In this document: positions 40,973-50,695 of the stretch, piece after piece
Numbering within the stretch: position 1 is the first letter of the stretch
Layout of the letters: every line of letters begins with the position of its first letter
From: Candidatus Aenigmatarchaeota archaeon
GTDB taxonomy: Archaea; Aenigmatarchaeota; Aenigmatarchaeia; CG10238-14; SpSt-28
Assembly (NCBI GenBank): GCA_032249395.1
Contig: JAVVFY010000003.1
Coordinates: 40,738 to 104,737 of the forward strand
Length of the DNA: 64,000 bases
Direction: 5' to 3'
Made by a program: the position numbers and the translations under genes
Notes under the pieces: generated by a model
What the model saw: the letters and a program-made list of their open reading frames with translations, nothing else
Database searches by the model: none
What the model was told of the DNA's origin: nothing

Positions 40973-41572
40973 ATGAAAACATTTATAAAATTTTTTGAAA
41001 ATGATGAGAAAGAATTTGAAAAAAATTATAAACATTCTGGGTTGACTATAACTGTTTCTGGGTTGACTTGCTCTGGTAAAACAACTGGCGCGAGGGCAAT
41101 AGCAGAGTATTTTGGACTAGAATATCATTCTTCAGGTTCAATATTCAGAGAAATTGCAAAGAGAAAAGGGATACCGCTAGAAGAATTCGTAAAAATAAGA
41201 AGCAATGAAATTGACATAGAAGCGGATAGACAAACGTTAAAATTGGCGATAATTGGTAACGTTGTTTTAGATGGTAGATTAACAGGTTGGGTTGCTGGAA
41301 GATGGGCTAATGTTAAGGTATTTTATGATGTCCCATTTGAAATAAGAGTAAAGAGATATGCAGAAAGAGAAGGAGTTGATGTTAATACGGCAATAAAAAG
41401 TGTTAAGGAAATTGATGAAGCTAACGAGAAAAAGTACAAAAGTTTGTATGGTATTGATTTATCTGACTTATCTATTTATGATATAATTATTGATAACAGC
41501 AATTGGAGTTTAGAGGAATCTAAGAAAAAATCTATTGAAATTATAGAAAAGTTTTTGGAGAAAAGAAAATGA
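40973..41572 (+). CDS. cmk: Archaeal cytidylate kinase
   Basis: ITVSGLTCSGKTT, VVLDGRL, YGIDLSDLSIYD. Confidence 0.88.
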   Translation: MKTFIKFFENDEKEFEKNYKHSGLTITVSGLTCSGKTTGARAIAEYFGLEYHSSGSIFREIAKRKGIPLEEFVKIRSNEIDIEADRQTLKLAIIGNVVLDGRLTGWVAGRWANVKVFYDVPFEIRVKRYAEREGVDVNTAIKSVKEIDEANEKKYKSLYGIDLSDLSIYDIIIDNSNWSLEESKKKSIEIIEKFLEKRK

Positions 41573-42510
41573 AGGTAATACCAATAGCTTTTGATTCTTT
41601 TGGAGTAAGAAGTATGGCAACTTTTGTTAAAACTAAAGACGTAAACATTCTAATTGATGGTGCCGCAGCTTTAGGACCTAACAGATATGGATTAAAACCA
41701 ACAAATGAAGAGTTTAAAGCGCTAGAAATATGTAAAGATATAATAGTAGAAATTGGAAAAATTGCCGATATATTAATAGTAACTCATTTCCATTACGACC
41801 ACCATCCTTACCCATGGGATGAGAATCTATACTCAATATACAAGAACAAAATCATTCTTGCAAAAGATATTAGCAAAGACATAAATCTCTCGGGAAGGAT
41901 TAGAGGCAAAATATTTGAAAGTAAAGTTAAAGAAAATTCAAAATTGGAATATGTGGATGGCCGAAGCTTCGAATTTGGTAACACTATTATTTCATTTTCA
42001 AAAGCTGTTTGGCATGGCGATGTAGGAAGCAAAGTGGGAAAAGTTATAATGGTTTATATCGAAGAAGGCAAGGATTCTTTTTTGTTTGGTAGCGATGCTC
42101 AAAGTCTAGCTGATAAAGATGCTCTAGAATTTGTTAAAGAAAAAAATCCGAATTTTTTGATAGTTGATGGTTATCCAACAATCTTTGTTGGATGGGAAAT
42201 ACAAGAAAAAAATTTTCTAAAAGCTAAAGAAAATTTAAAAGAAGCAATTAGAGAGATCGATGCTAAAAAAATTATTTTAGACCATCATATAGTTAGAGAT
42301 TTGCATTATAAGGAAAAAATGAAAGATGTTTATGAACTTGGAGAGCAATTAAAAAAAGAAATATTAACAGCTGCAGAATTCCTTAAATTAGATAATTTTT
42401 TTCTAGAAGTCTGGAGAAAAGAAATTAAGGAAGGTAAGAGAAAAATAGAAGTAGATAAATATTTTGAAGAATTAAAAAACAAAATAAGAAAAGAAATAGA
42501 AACAGCCTAA
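41569..42510 (+). CDS. Metallo-beta-lactamase-fold hydrolase (UPF0282-like)
   Basis: DSFGVRSMATFV, THFHYDHH, ILDHHIVRD. Confidence 0.85.
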   Translation: MKVIPIAFDSFGVRSMATFVKTKDVNILIDGAAALGPNRYGLKPTNEEFKALEICKDIIVEIGKIADILIVTHFHYDHHPYPWDENLYSIYKNKIILAKDISKDINLSGRIRGKIFESKVKENSKLEYVDGRSFEFGNTIISFSKAVWHGDVGSKVGKVIMVYIEEGKDSFLFGSDAQSLADKDALEFVKEKNPNFLIVDGYPTIFVGWEIQEKNFLKAKENLKEAIREIDAKKIILDHHIVRDLHYKEKMKDVYELGEQLKKEILTAAEFLKLDNFFLEVWRKEIKEGKRKIEVDKYFEELKNKIRKEIETA

Positions 42511-42522
42511 AAACCTTAAGAT

Positions 42523-42567
42523 CTATTCCTTACTCTTTTTCTTCTTTCCTCCACATCCACGTGCCAC
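42523..42567 (-). CDS. Candidate 14-aa basic micro-protein MARGCGGKKKKSKE
   Basis: GGTGA SD 6 nt before GTG; TTTATAAA TATA-like element upstream. Confidence 0.35.
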   Translation of the reverse strand: MARGCGGKKKKSKE

Positions 42568-42629
42568 ATTTACTCACCATTTTTATTTTTCTTTATAAAA
42601 ATTTAGTTAATCGATTTTTATAGTTTTTA

Positions 42630-43298
42630 ATGATAGATGAGAGTAATATAGAACAAGTAATGAAAACTATAGAAAAATTTATTAAAGAAAAAACAATGAT
42701 TAAGAAGTTTGTAGAAGAAAAATTTAATCCATTTCAAATACTTGTTGCCACTATACTTAGCGCGAGAACAAAAGATGAACTAAGCGAGAAAATATCTAGA
42801 AAGATTTTTGAAAAAGTTAAAGAACCTAAAGATTTATTAAAGTTTAGTGAAGATGAACTAGCAAAAGAAATTTACCCAGTTGGCTTTTATAGAATTAAAG
42901 CTAAAAATCTTTTAAAACTTGCAAAAATTATTATAGAAAAGTATAACGGTAAAGTTCCAGAAAAAATGGAAGGGCTTCTAGAGTTGCCTGGAGTAGGAAG
43001 AAAAACTGCAAACATAGTGCTTTCATATGTTTTTAACAAACCGGCTATAGCAGTTGATACTCATGTACATAGAATATTTAATAGATGGAATTTTGTGAAA
43101 ACAAAAAATCCTGAAGAAACTGAAACTGAATTAAGAAAAAAATTGCCAAAAAAACTCTGGAAAAAAGTCAATAATTTACTTGTTAATTTTGGAAAAACTA
43201 TATGTAAGCCAATTAAACCGCTATGCAACAAATGTCCGATAAATAGAATTTGTCCCTATCCTCAAAAAGTAAAAATAAGATTTGTTCATGAAAAATAA
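42630..43298 (+). CDS. nth: Endonuclease III
   Basis: [11 protein letters not shown]hH, AVDTHV, C-x6-C-x2-C-x5-C FeS motif. Confidence 0.95.
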   Translation: MIDESNIEQVMKTIEKFIKEKTMIKKFVEEKFNPFQILVATILSARTKDELSEKISRKIFEKVKEPKDLLKFSEDELAKEIYPVGFYRIKAKNLLKLAKIIIEKYNGKVPEKMEGLLELPGVGRKTANIVLSYVFNKPAIAVDTHVHRIFNRWNFVKTKNPEETETELRKKLPKKLWKKVNNLLVNFGKTICKPIKPLCNKCPINRICPYPQKVKIRFVHEK

Positions 43299-43306
43299 TT
43301 AGTTTT

Positions 43307-45754
43307 ATGAGAGAGAAGATTTTTCTTATTGACGTTGATTATGATGTAGAAAATGATAAAGGAATCATTTTTCTATTTGGAAAAAATAAAGAAGGCAAAA
43401 GAGTTTTGGTAAGAAAAGAGTTTTATACTTATTTCTTTGCAATGCCAAAAAAAGGAAAAGAAGAAATACTAAAGCAAAAAATTGAAAATTTGAAAAATCT
43501 GCCAACAAGAATCCTTTCTGTTGATATAGTCTCAAAAAACTGGATGGGGGAAGAAAGAAAATTAATAAAAATAACTATACAAAACCCAAGAAAATTAAAA
43601 GATGTTAGAGATGCAATAAAAGAATGGGAAGAGGTTGAAGAAACATACGAATACAATATTTCATTTTATAAGAGGTTTTTAATGGATTATAGAATAAAAC
43701 CTTGTAGCTGGATAGAAGTAGAAGGAGAAAAAGTAGAAAATAAGTTTGATGTTGATACGACAATAGAAGCGAAGGAAATAAGACAATTAGAAGATTATGA
43801 TGAACCAACACTTAAAGTTATTGCAATAGATACTGAATGGGTCGAAGTTGAAAATAAAGAAAAACTTATAATGATAAGTATTGCTTCGGAAAATTTGAGA
43901 AAAGTCCTAGCTTTATCAGACTGGCAACAAAAACAAGATTTCGTTGAAAGCTGTGCAAGCGAGGAAAAATTAATTAGGAGATTTATAGATATAATAAAAG
44001 AAGAAAAGCCAGATATAATAGTAACTTACAATGGGGATGGATTCGATTTCTTAAAATTGAGAGAAAAGGCAAAACAACTTAAAATAAAGTTTAGTTTTGG
44101 AATAGATAATAAGGAACTCGAATTTGTCAGAAGAGGAAGAGTTTCCGCCGCAAGATGTTTTGGTGTTGTTCACATAGATGAGTATGTTTTTATTGATAAG
44201 ATACTTTCTGCTAGCTTAAAAAGTGAAGTTCTAACTTTAGATGAAGTTGCAAGCGAGTTAATTGGAGAGGGTAAAAAAGACCTAGAATACAAACAAATGG
44301 TTGAATTTTGGAGGGAAAGAAAAGAACTAAATAAAATAGCAGAGTATAGCATGTGGGATGCTAATTTAACTTATTTGTTAAGTAAGATATTATTGCCTCA
44401 AATATTTTCTATTTCTAAACTAACTGGAGAGATTCCTTTTGATGCTTCTAGATATAGTTACTCTCAACTTGTTGAAGCTTATTTGATGAGAAAGGCTGTT
44501 GAAGATAATGTACTAATACCAAACTCTCCGAAGAGTGAAGAAAGAGAAGTTAGAATGATTGAACTACCATATAAAGGTGCTATAGTAGTTGAACCGAAGA
44601 AAGGAATCCATGAAAATATTGCAGTGATGGATTTCAAATCGCTTTATCCAACTATTATAGTATCTCACTCGATTTCTCCAGAATTGTTAAATTGTAATCA
44701 TGAAGAATGCAAAGAAAAAAATAGCGTGCCGGAAACAAAAAATCACTTCTGTATAAAGAAGGTTGGATTTATCCCAAAACATTTAAAATTCTTGATTGAT
44801 AGAAGAAAAGAACTAAAAGAAAAGATGAAAAAAGTTCCTAAGGATTCTCCGGAATATAAAATTTTAGATAACGAGCAATATGCAACAAAAATAATTAGCA
44901 ATGCTATGTATGGATATTTTGGTTTTGTTGGAGCAAGATGGTATAAGAGAGAGTGTGGAGAGGCAACTGCAGCGTGGGGAAGATTTTATATTAGAAAAAT
45001 AATGCAAATGGCTGAAAGTTTCGGATTTGAAATCATTTATGGAGATACTGATAGCATATTTGTTAGAAAGGAAGGTCTGTACTTAAAAGAATTGGAAGAA
45101 GAAGCTAAAAGTTTTGTAGAAAAGGTTAATGAAGAGCTGCCTGGAATAATAGAGTTAGAGTTTAGAGGAGTTTATATAAGAGGAATTTTTGTTGCAAGAG
45201 AAAAAGGCGAAACTGGAGCTAAGAAAAGATACGCATTATTGGATATTAACGGAAATCTTGAAATAAGAGGTTTCGAAACAGTAAGAAGAGATTGGTGCAA
45301 ATTAGCAAAGGAAACACAAAGGAAAGTTTTGGAGATTATTCTAAAAGAGAAGAATCCGGAAAAAGCAATTAAATTTGTTAATGATACTATAAAAAGAATT
45401 AAGGAAGGAAAAGTTGATATCGAAGAATTAACCATATACGAACAAATAACTAAACCTTTAAGTCAGTATGAACAAATTGGTCCACATGTTAAAGCGGCTA
45501 TGAAAGCAATAGAAAGAGGAAGAATTATTACTGAAGGATCAATAATAGCTTTTGTGATAACAAAAGGTATTGGAAGTATTTCTGATAGAGCAATGCCCGT
45601 AGAATTCGTTACAGAAAAAGATTATGATCCCGAGTATTACATACAGCATCAAATACTACCAGCTGCTCTGAGGGTGCTTAAAGCTTTAGGATACACTGAA
45701 CAAGATGTATTGAAACATAAAACAGTTGGATTGGAAGCATGGTTTAAAAAATAA
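43307..45754 (+). CDS. polB: Family B DNA polymerase
   Basis: Exo motifs IDTE, YNGDGFD; polymerase DFKSLYPTII, KIISNAMYGY, YGDTDS; C-terminal PIP-like GLEAWF. Confidence 0.96.
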   Translation: MREKIFLIDVDYDVENDKGIIFLFGKNKEGKRVLVRKEFYTYFFAMPKKGKEEILKQKIENLKNLPTRILSVDIVSKNWMGEERKLIKITIQNPRKLKDVRDAIKEWEEVEETYEYNISFYKRFLMDYRIKPCSWIEVEGEKVENKFDVDTTIEAKEIRQLEDYDEPTLKVIAIDTEWVEVENKEKLIMISIASENLRKVLALSDWQQKQDFVESCASEEKLIRRFIDIIKEEKPDIIVTYNGDGFDFLKLREKAKQLKIKFSFGIDNKELEFVRRGRVSAARCFGVVHIDEYVFIDKILSASLKSEVLTLDEVASELIGEGKKDLEYKQMVEFWRERKELNKIAEYSMWDANLTYLLSKILLPQIFSISKLTGEIPFDASRYSYSQLVEAYLMRKAVEDNVLIPNSPKSEEREVRMIELPYKGAIVVEPKKGIHENIAVMDFKSLYPTIIVSHSISPELLNCNHEECKEKNSVPETKNHFCIKKVGFIPKHLKFLIDRRKELKEKMKKVPKDSPEYKILDNEQYATKIISNAMYGYFGFVGARWYKRECGEATAAWGRFYIRKIMQMAESFGFEIIYGDTDSIFVRKEGLYLKELEEEAKSFVEKVNEELPGIIELEFRGVYIRGIFVAREKGETGAKKRYALLDINGNLEIRGFETVRRDWCKLAKETQRKVLEIILKEKNPEKAIKFVNDTIKRIKEGKVDIEELTIYEQITKPLSQYEQIGPHVKAAMKAIERGRIITEGSIIAFVITKGIGSISDRAMPVEFVTEKDYDPEYYIQHQILPAALRVLKALGYTEQDVLKHKTVGLEAWFKK

Positions 45755-45759
45755 AAAAA

Positions 45760-47175
45760 TTAGTAGGTTTTTCCAACCAATGTTAATTTATCTGTATTCT
45801 GCTTACAAACTATGCAAAAGCCGATTTTTCTTTCATCATACAAAAATCCTATTGGCTCTATAGAAGGTCCTACTTCCTTAATCTTATCAAAACATTCTTT
45901 ACTTCCACACCAGTTAACTTTTGCAACATTTCCTTTTTCTATCCATTCTTTGACGCTTTCAATACTATCAAAATACTTTATCTTTTGCTGATATAGTATC
46001 TCTACTTTCCTATACAAACTTTTTGGTATCTCTTCTTTCAACAAAACACTTACAACTTTCTCAATTTCTTGTTTATTAACTTCCATTCTTTCCTTAGTAT
46101 CTCTTCTATAAACAGTATATATGCCTTTTTCGACTTCTTTTTCTCCAATTTCTATCCTTATAGGAACTCCTTTAATATCCCAAATATTAAACTTTTCTCC
46201 AGGAGTCTTCTCACTTTTATCTATAAAAGTTACAACTCCGAAACTTTCAAGCCTTTTCTTCAACTCTTCTGCTTCTTCTAAATAGTACTTACCTTCTTTT
46301 GGAATCGTAATTATAACTACTTGAATAGGAGCTATTTTTGGTGGTAATACTAATCCTCTTTCATCACCATGTAAAGAAAAAGCTGCTACTAAAAACCTTG
46401 CCCCATTTCCAGTACAAACTTGCCAAACATATTGCTTATTTCCTTCTTCATCAACGTAAAACAAATCAAACTTTTTTGCATAAGCTTGACCTAAATTATT
46501 TACACTTCCATTCTCTAACAACCTACCATTTGGTAAAATCACGTAAAATTCATAAGCAGACTCTGCTCCAGGAAATATTTCATACTTAGGTTTTTCTACG
46601 CATATTGGCGGAATATTTAAAACTTCCTTCCATATGTACTCATAAATTTTTCTGTGTTTTTCCATTTCTTCGTTTGCTTCTTCTTTTGTTTTATGAGCTG
46701 TATGGATTTCGTGCCAAAATGTGATTTCTCTGTCTCTTATCATTGTGTGTGTCGTCTTTCCTTCGTTTCTAAATGAGGAAACAGTTTGATAAACTCTTAT
46801 TGGTAGTTTTCCTTCCATTATCCAATATTTAAAAATGGGATACATTGCTGGTTCGCCTGTAGGTCTTAGGATCGCATTCTCTCCTTCGACATAAAAAGCA
46901 TCGGTTTTAAATCCTTCGAACCACTCTTCATTTATTCTCGCAAACTCTAACGGAACGAACAAAGGAAAGTAAACCTGTTGTATTCCATTCTCTTCAAAAA
47001 TTTTATCCCAAATTTCTGTTAATCTCTTCATTATTTTAAAACCATATGGCAACCAAACAAAAGTTCCCTTTACCGGATACCTTCTGTCTGCAATTTCGGC
47101 TAACTGAAGCAAAGAATTATACCATTCTATAAAATTATCTTTTGAAGGAAGTCTCTCCGGCTTGATTTCCTCCAT
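45760..47175 (-). CDS. proS: Prolyl-tRNA synthetase (archaeal/eukaryotic type)
   Basis: LRPTGE, FRNE, GDERGLVLPPKIAPIQV, C-terminal zinc domain ending GKTY. Confidence 0.93.
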   Translation of the reverse strand: MEEIKPERLPSKDNFIEWYNSLLQLAEIADRRYPVKGTFVWLPYGFKIMKRLTEIWDKIFEENGIQQVYFPLFVPLEFARINEEWFEGFKTDAFYVEGENAILRPTGEPAMYPIFKYWIMEGKLPIRVYQTVSSFRNEGKTTHTMIRDREITFWHEIHTAHKTKEEANEEMEKHRKIYEYIWKEVLNIPPICVEKPKYEIFPGAESAYEFYVILPNGRLLENGSVNNLGQAYAKKFDLFYVDEEGNKQYVWQVCTGNGARFLVAAFSLHGDERGLVLPPKIAPIQVVIITIPKEGKYYLEEAEELKKRLESFGVVTFIDKSEKTPGEKFNIWDIKGVPIRIEIGEKEVEKGIYTVYRRDTKERMEVNKQEIEKVVSVLLKEEIPKSLYRKVEILYQQKIKYFDSIESVKEWIEKGNVAKVNWCGSKECFDKIKEVGPSIEPIGFLYDERKIGFCIVCKQNTDKLTLVGKTY

Positions 47176-47237
47176 TAAATTTATTTAACATTAATATTTA
47201 AACCGAAAGTTCTTATTTTTTATTATCAATTTAAAAG

Positions 47238-48293
47238 ATGGAATTGAATAACCTTTGGTATGTTATAAGTTTTTTTGGAGAGGTAGCTTATTGGATGGGT
47301 TTTGCATCAGCTTTTATTATTATATATCCATTTCTAGAAAAAAGAAGCAAAAGAAAACAAAGATGGATACTTTATTATTTATTGCCTGCTATTGTTCTTT
47401 CGTCTTTGTCTTCTTTTTTCCTAAAGTTAATATTTAAAATTCCAAGAATATGTGAAGGACTAGAATATTGTCCTGAAACATACTCATTCCCTTCTGGCCA
47501 TTCTACAGTAGCATTCTCTTTATTTACTATATCTTTGCTACATTTTAAAGATATAAAGATTTATTTGCCTTTATTTTTTCTAGCAATACTAGTTAGTTAC
47601 TCAAGACTTGCTCTAAAAGTTCATACTTTAAGCGATGTAGTTGGGGGAGCTTTAGTTGGAATTTTAGTTTCTTCTTTTTGGTATTATTTCTTTAGAAGAA
47701 TCGAAAATAGAAAGAATGGAGCTAGTTTTTACTTCAGAAAACTAATTCACCTATTAGGAATTGCGGTAATTTTCTTGAGATTAACAGTAGAAACAAAATA
47801 CATCTCTCCTCTATTGTTTTCTCTAACTTTATTATTTTTCGTTTCGGAATTGCTTAGATTAAGAAAAATGAAACTCCCTATATTCTACGAAATATCAGAA
47901 TTTTGCAAGAAAAAAGAAGAAAGAGGATTTTTGGTACAACCATTATTTTTCGCTCTTTCCCTATTCATTTTACTACACTTCCCTTTAGATTTCTTTATAG
48001 TTGGTAGTGTGCCACTAGTTATAGGTGATGGTTTAGCAGGATTAATTGGTTATAGATTTGGTTCTCATAAACTTTTCTACAATAAGAATAAATCTATAGA
48101 GGGAAGCATAGCATTCTTTATCTCAACACTTATTAGCTTTCTTCTATTTTTTGATGTTAAAATTTCTTTTATATTGGCGCTATTTTCAACGATACTGGAA
48201 ATCATTATAAAAAAATATGAAAACCTTATATTGCCATTTGGTTGTGTTTTGTTTTATTTTGTTTTGTCAAAAACAATAATAAATATTTTCTAG
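47238..48293 (+). CDS. PAP2 lipid phosphatase fused to a dolichol/phytol-kinase-like (CTP-dependent) domain
   Basis: KxxxxxPR, SFPSGHS, SRLALKVHTLSDV (PAP2); then RKLIH, GDGLAGLIGYRFG, KSIEGS, ENLILP (polyprenol kinase family). Confidence 0.82.
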   Translation: MELNNLWYVISFFGEVAYWMGFASAFIIIYPFLEKRSKRKQRWILYYLLPAIVLSSLSSFFLKLIFKIPRICEGLEYCPETYSFPSGHSTVAFSLFTISLLHFKDIKIYLPLFFLAILVSYSRLALKVHTLSDVVGGALVGILVSSFWYYFFRRIENRKNGASFYFRKLIHLLGIAVIFLRLTVETKYISPLLFSLTLLFFVSELLRLRKMKLPIFYEISEFCKKKEERGFLVQPLFFALSLFILLHFPLDFFIVGSVPLVIGDGLAGLIGYRFGSHKLFYNKNKSIEGSIAFFISTLISFLLFFDVKISFILALFSTILEIIIKKYENLILPFGCVLFYFVLSKTIINIF

Positions 48294-48306
48294 GTAAGAA
48301 AGATTA

Positions 48307-49581
48307 ATGAGAATTTATTCCAACCAACTAAAGGAGAATGAAGGCAAAAAGGTTTTATTAAAAGGTTGGGTTCACGATTTTAGGCTTATTGGCAAATTAA
48401 ATTTCATAATATTGAGAGATTATGGTGGATTAGCTCAAATAGTTTTGAAAGAAGAAAAATTTAAAGAGATAGCTAAAAGTTTGCATTTAGAAGATGTAAT
48501 AGAGGTTGAAGGAACAGTAAAAAAATCTAGATCAGAGAAATTTGAGTTTGAGGTTGAAGCAGAAAGAATAAACATAATAAATAGATCTGAGCCTCAATTA
48601 CCTTTAGACCCAAGAGAAGTAACAAAAACTAATTTGGAAACAAGGCTAGACTGGAGATTTCTATATTTCAGAACTCAAGAAGGAAGAGCAATTTTTAAGA
48701 TCCAAACTGAAATATTAAAATCCTTTAGGGAACATTTCTTGAAAAAGGGATTTATAGAAATGCAGCCTCCTATAATAATTGCCTCAGCTAGTGAAGGTGG
48801 TGCTGAGCTTTTTGAATTACCGTACTTCGAGAAAAAAGCATATCTTGCCCAGTCTCCTCAATTATACAAGCAAATGGGTGCTATATCATTCGAAAAGGTT
48901 TTCATGATAGTTCCAGTTTTTAGAGCAGAAAAGTTCGATCAACCAACCCACTTGAATGAAATAAGACAAATGGATATAGAAATGGCTTTTGCTGATGATG
49001 AAGCAGTGATAAAAGAGTTGGAAGAAGTTTTCGTTTATATTTTAAAAAGTGTTAAAGAAAATTGCAAAGAGGAACTTAAAATTTTAAATCAAGAGCTTAA
49101 AATTCCTGAATTGCCATTAAAAAGAGTGAAATATGAAGAGGCAATAGATGCTCTTAGAAAAATGGGAGAAAAAATAGAGTTTGGAGAAGATTTTTCTAAG
49201 TCGCAAGAAAAGAAACTAGCTGAAGTTTTTGGAGAAGCCTTTATACTAAAAGATTGGCCGGAAGAGCTAAAGCCATTTTATGCTATGCCAAAAGAAGATA
49301 ACCCTAAAATAGTTAAGGCTTTTGATTTAATATATAAAGGTTTGGAAATATCCTCTGGAACGCAAAGAATACATTTATCGAATGTTTTAGAAGAAAGAAT
49401 AAGAAAAAAAGGATTGAACCCTAAAGATTTCGAGTATTACATAAACGCTTTTAAGTATGGTGCTCCTCCGCATGCTGGCTGGAGCATTGGATTAGAAAGA
49501 TTAACGATGAAAATTTGTGGTAAAGAAAACATACAAGAAGTAACTATGTTCCCAAGAACAAGAACTAGAATATATCCATGA
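48307..49581 (+). CDS. aspS: Aspartyl-tRNA synthetase (archaeal type, probably non-discriminating)
   Basis: EGGAELF, YLAQSPQLYKQ, FRAE, GAPPHAGWSIGLERL; His in the WVH N-terminal motif. Confidence 0.92.
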   Translation: MRIYSNQLKENEGKKVLLKGWVHDFRLIGKLNFIILRDYGGLAQIVLKEEKFKEIAKSLHLEDVIEVEGTVKKSRSEKFEFEVEAERINIINRSEPQLPLDPREVTKTNLETRLDWRFLYFRTQEGRAIFKIQTEILKSFREHFLKKGFIEMQPPIIIASASEGGAELFELPYFEKKAYLAQSPQLYKQMGAISFEKVFMIVPVFRAEKFDQPTHLNEIRQMDIEMAFADDEAVIKELEEVFVYILKSVKENCKEELKILNQELKIPELPLKRVKYEEAIDALRKMGEKIEFGEDFSKSQEKKLAEVFGEAFILKDWPEELKPFYAMPKEDNPKIVKAFDLIYKGLEISSGTQRIHLSNVLEERIRKKGLNPKDFEYYINAFKYGAPPHAGWSIGLERLTMKICGKENIQEVTMFPRTRTRIYP

Positions 49582-49596
49582 AATTAAATTTTAATA

Positions 49597-50364
49597 ATGA
49601 TTGAGAAAAATGGAAAATTTGTTAGAATTTTGGAATGCGATAAACTATTTGTTGTTGGAGATATTCATGGTGATTTAGAGGTTTTTGAAAAAATAAAAAA
49701 TGTTTTTAAGAAAGAATTAGAGAAAGATTCAAAAGTATGTTTAGTTTTCCTTGGAGATTATGCCGATAGAGGAGACTTTGGCTTAGAAGTTATAGAAGGA
49801 TTAAAAGAGTTAATAAGAGAATATAGGGAAAATGTAATAGCGTTAAAAGGGAATCATGAAGATTATGATGATGAAGGTAACCCAAACTTTAGACCTTGTG
49901 ATTTAAAGTATGAAGTGGTTAGTAAAAGAGGGGTTTGGTATGATTACTTTAAAGAGCAACTACAACCATTCTTCAATTCTTTGTTTATTGCAGCAAAATA
50001 CAATTCCTTTTTGTTTGTTCATGGTGGTATATCATCTAAAATAAAAAGTGAAGAAAGCTTAGCATATCCTGATAAAAAAATTGAAGAAGATGTACTATGG
50101 AGCGATCCTTTTGAAGGTTATGGAGAATATCCTAATCCAAGAGGTGCTGGAGTTTTATTTGGAAAAGATATTACAGATAAGGTTTTGAATTCCTTATCAG
50201 TTGATAAATTAATAAGAAGCCATCAACCTCAAAAGGCAATGGATGGTATTTATGAGGAGCATGATGGCAAAGTTTTAACAATTAATTCAACTCGCGTTTA
50301 TGGTGGTAAGCCTATAATTTTAGAAATCTCCAATGATAAAATAAAAGCTAAACGTATTTTATGA
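49597..50364 (+). CDS. PPP-family Ser/Thr protein phosphatase
   Basis: GDIHG, GDYADRG, KGNHE, VHGG, LWSDP, RGAG, IRSHQ. Confidence 0.9.
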   Translation: MIEKNGKFVRILECDKLFVVGDIHGDLEVFEKIKNVFKKELEKDSKVCLVFLGDYADRGDFGLEVIEGLKELIREYRENVIALKGNHEDYDDEGNPNFRPCDLKYEVVSKRGVWYDYFKEQLQPFFNSLFIAAKYNSFLFVHGGISSKIKSEESLAYPDKKIEEDVLWSDPFEGYGEYPNPRGAGVLFGKDITDKVLNSLSVDKLIRSHQPQKAMDGIYEEHDGKVLTINSTRVYGGKPIILEISNDKIKAKRIL

Positions 50365-50623
50365 ATCCTACCCTTTCAAATTCTTCTAATATTGGCTTAA
50401 GTCCTCTAATAACATCTTCAGCATTCATTTGAAGCTCTTCTGATAAAATTCTAGCAATTTCTGAAACGCTTCTCCTTCCATCACACAACTTTAAAATTTC
50501 AAAAGCCCATTTCTCTATTCTCCAATATTGCTCTCCATCAAAAGTTGCATATAGGCTTCCGATATGTTCAATTATTTTCAAATTTTCGGCTTTCTTAGGT
50601 CTTTTCAATGCCCATTCTTCCAT
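50348..50623 (-). CDS. PqqD-like small winged-helix protein
   Basis: EILKLCDGRRSVSEIARIL...LEEFERVGFI. Confidence 0.65.
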   Translation of the reverse strand: MEEWALKRPKKAENLKIIEHIGSLYATFDGEQYWRIEKWAFEILKLCDGRRSVSEIARILSEELQMNAEDVIRGLKPILEEFERVGFIKYV

Positions 50624-50695
50624 CTTAGATTTTAGAAACTAGCAATATATAGCAATTTTTAAAACGAAAGCTATTTAAAAAAACAATATTATTTT

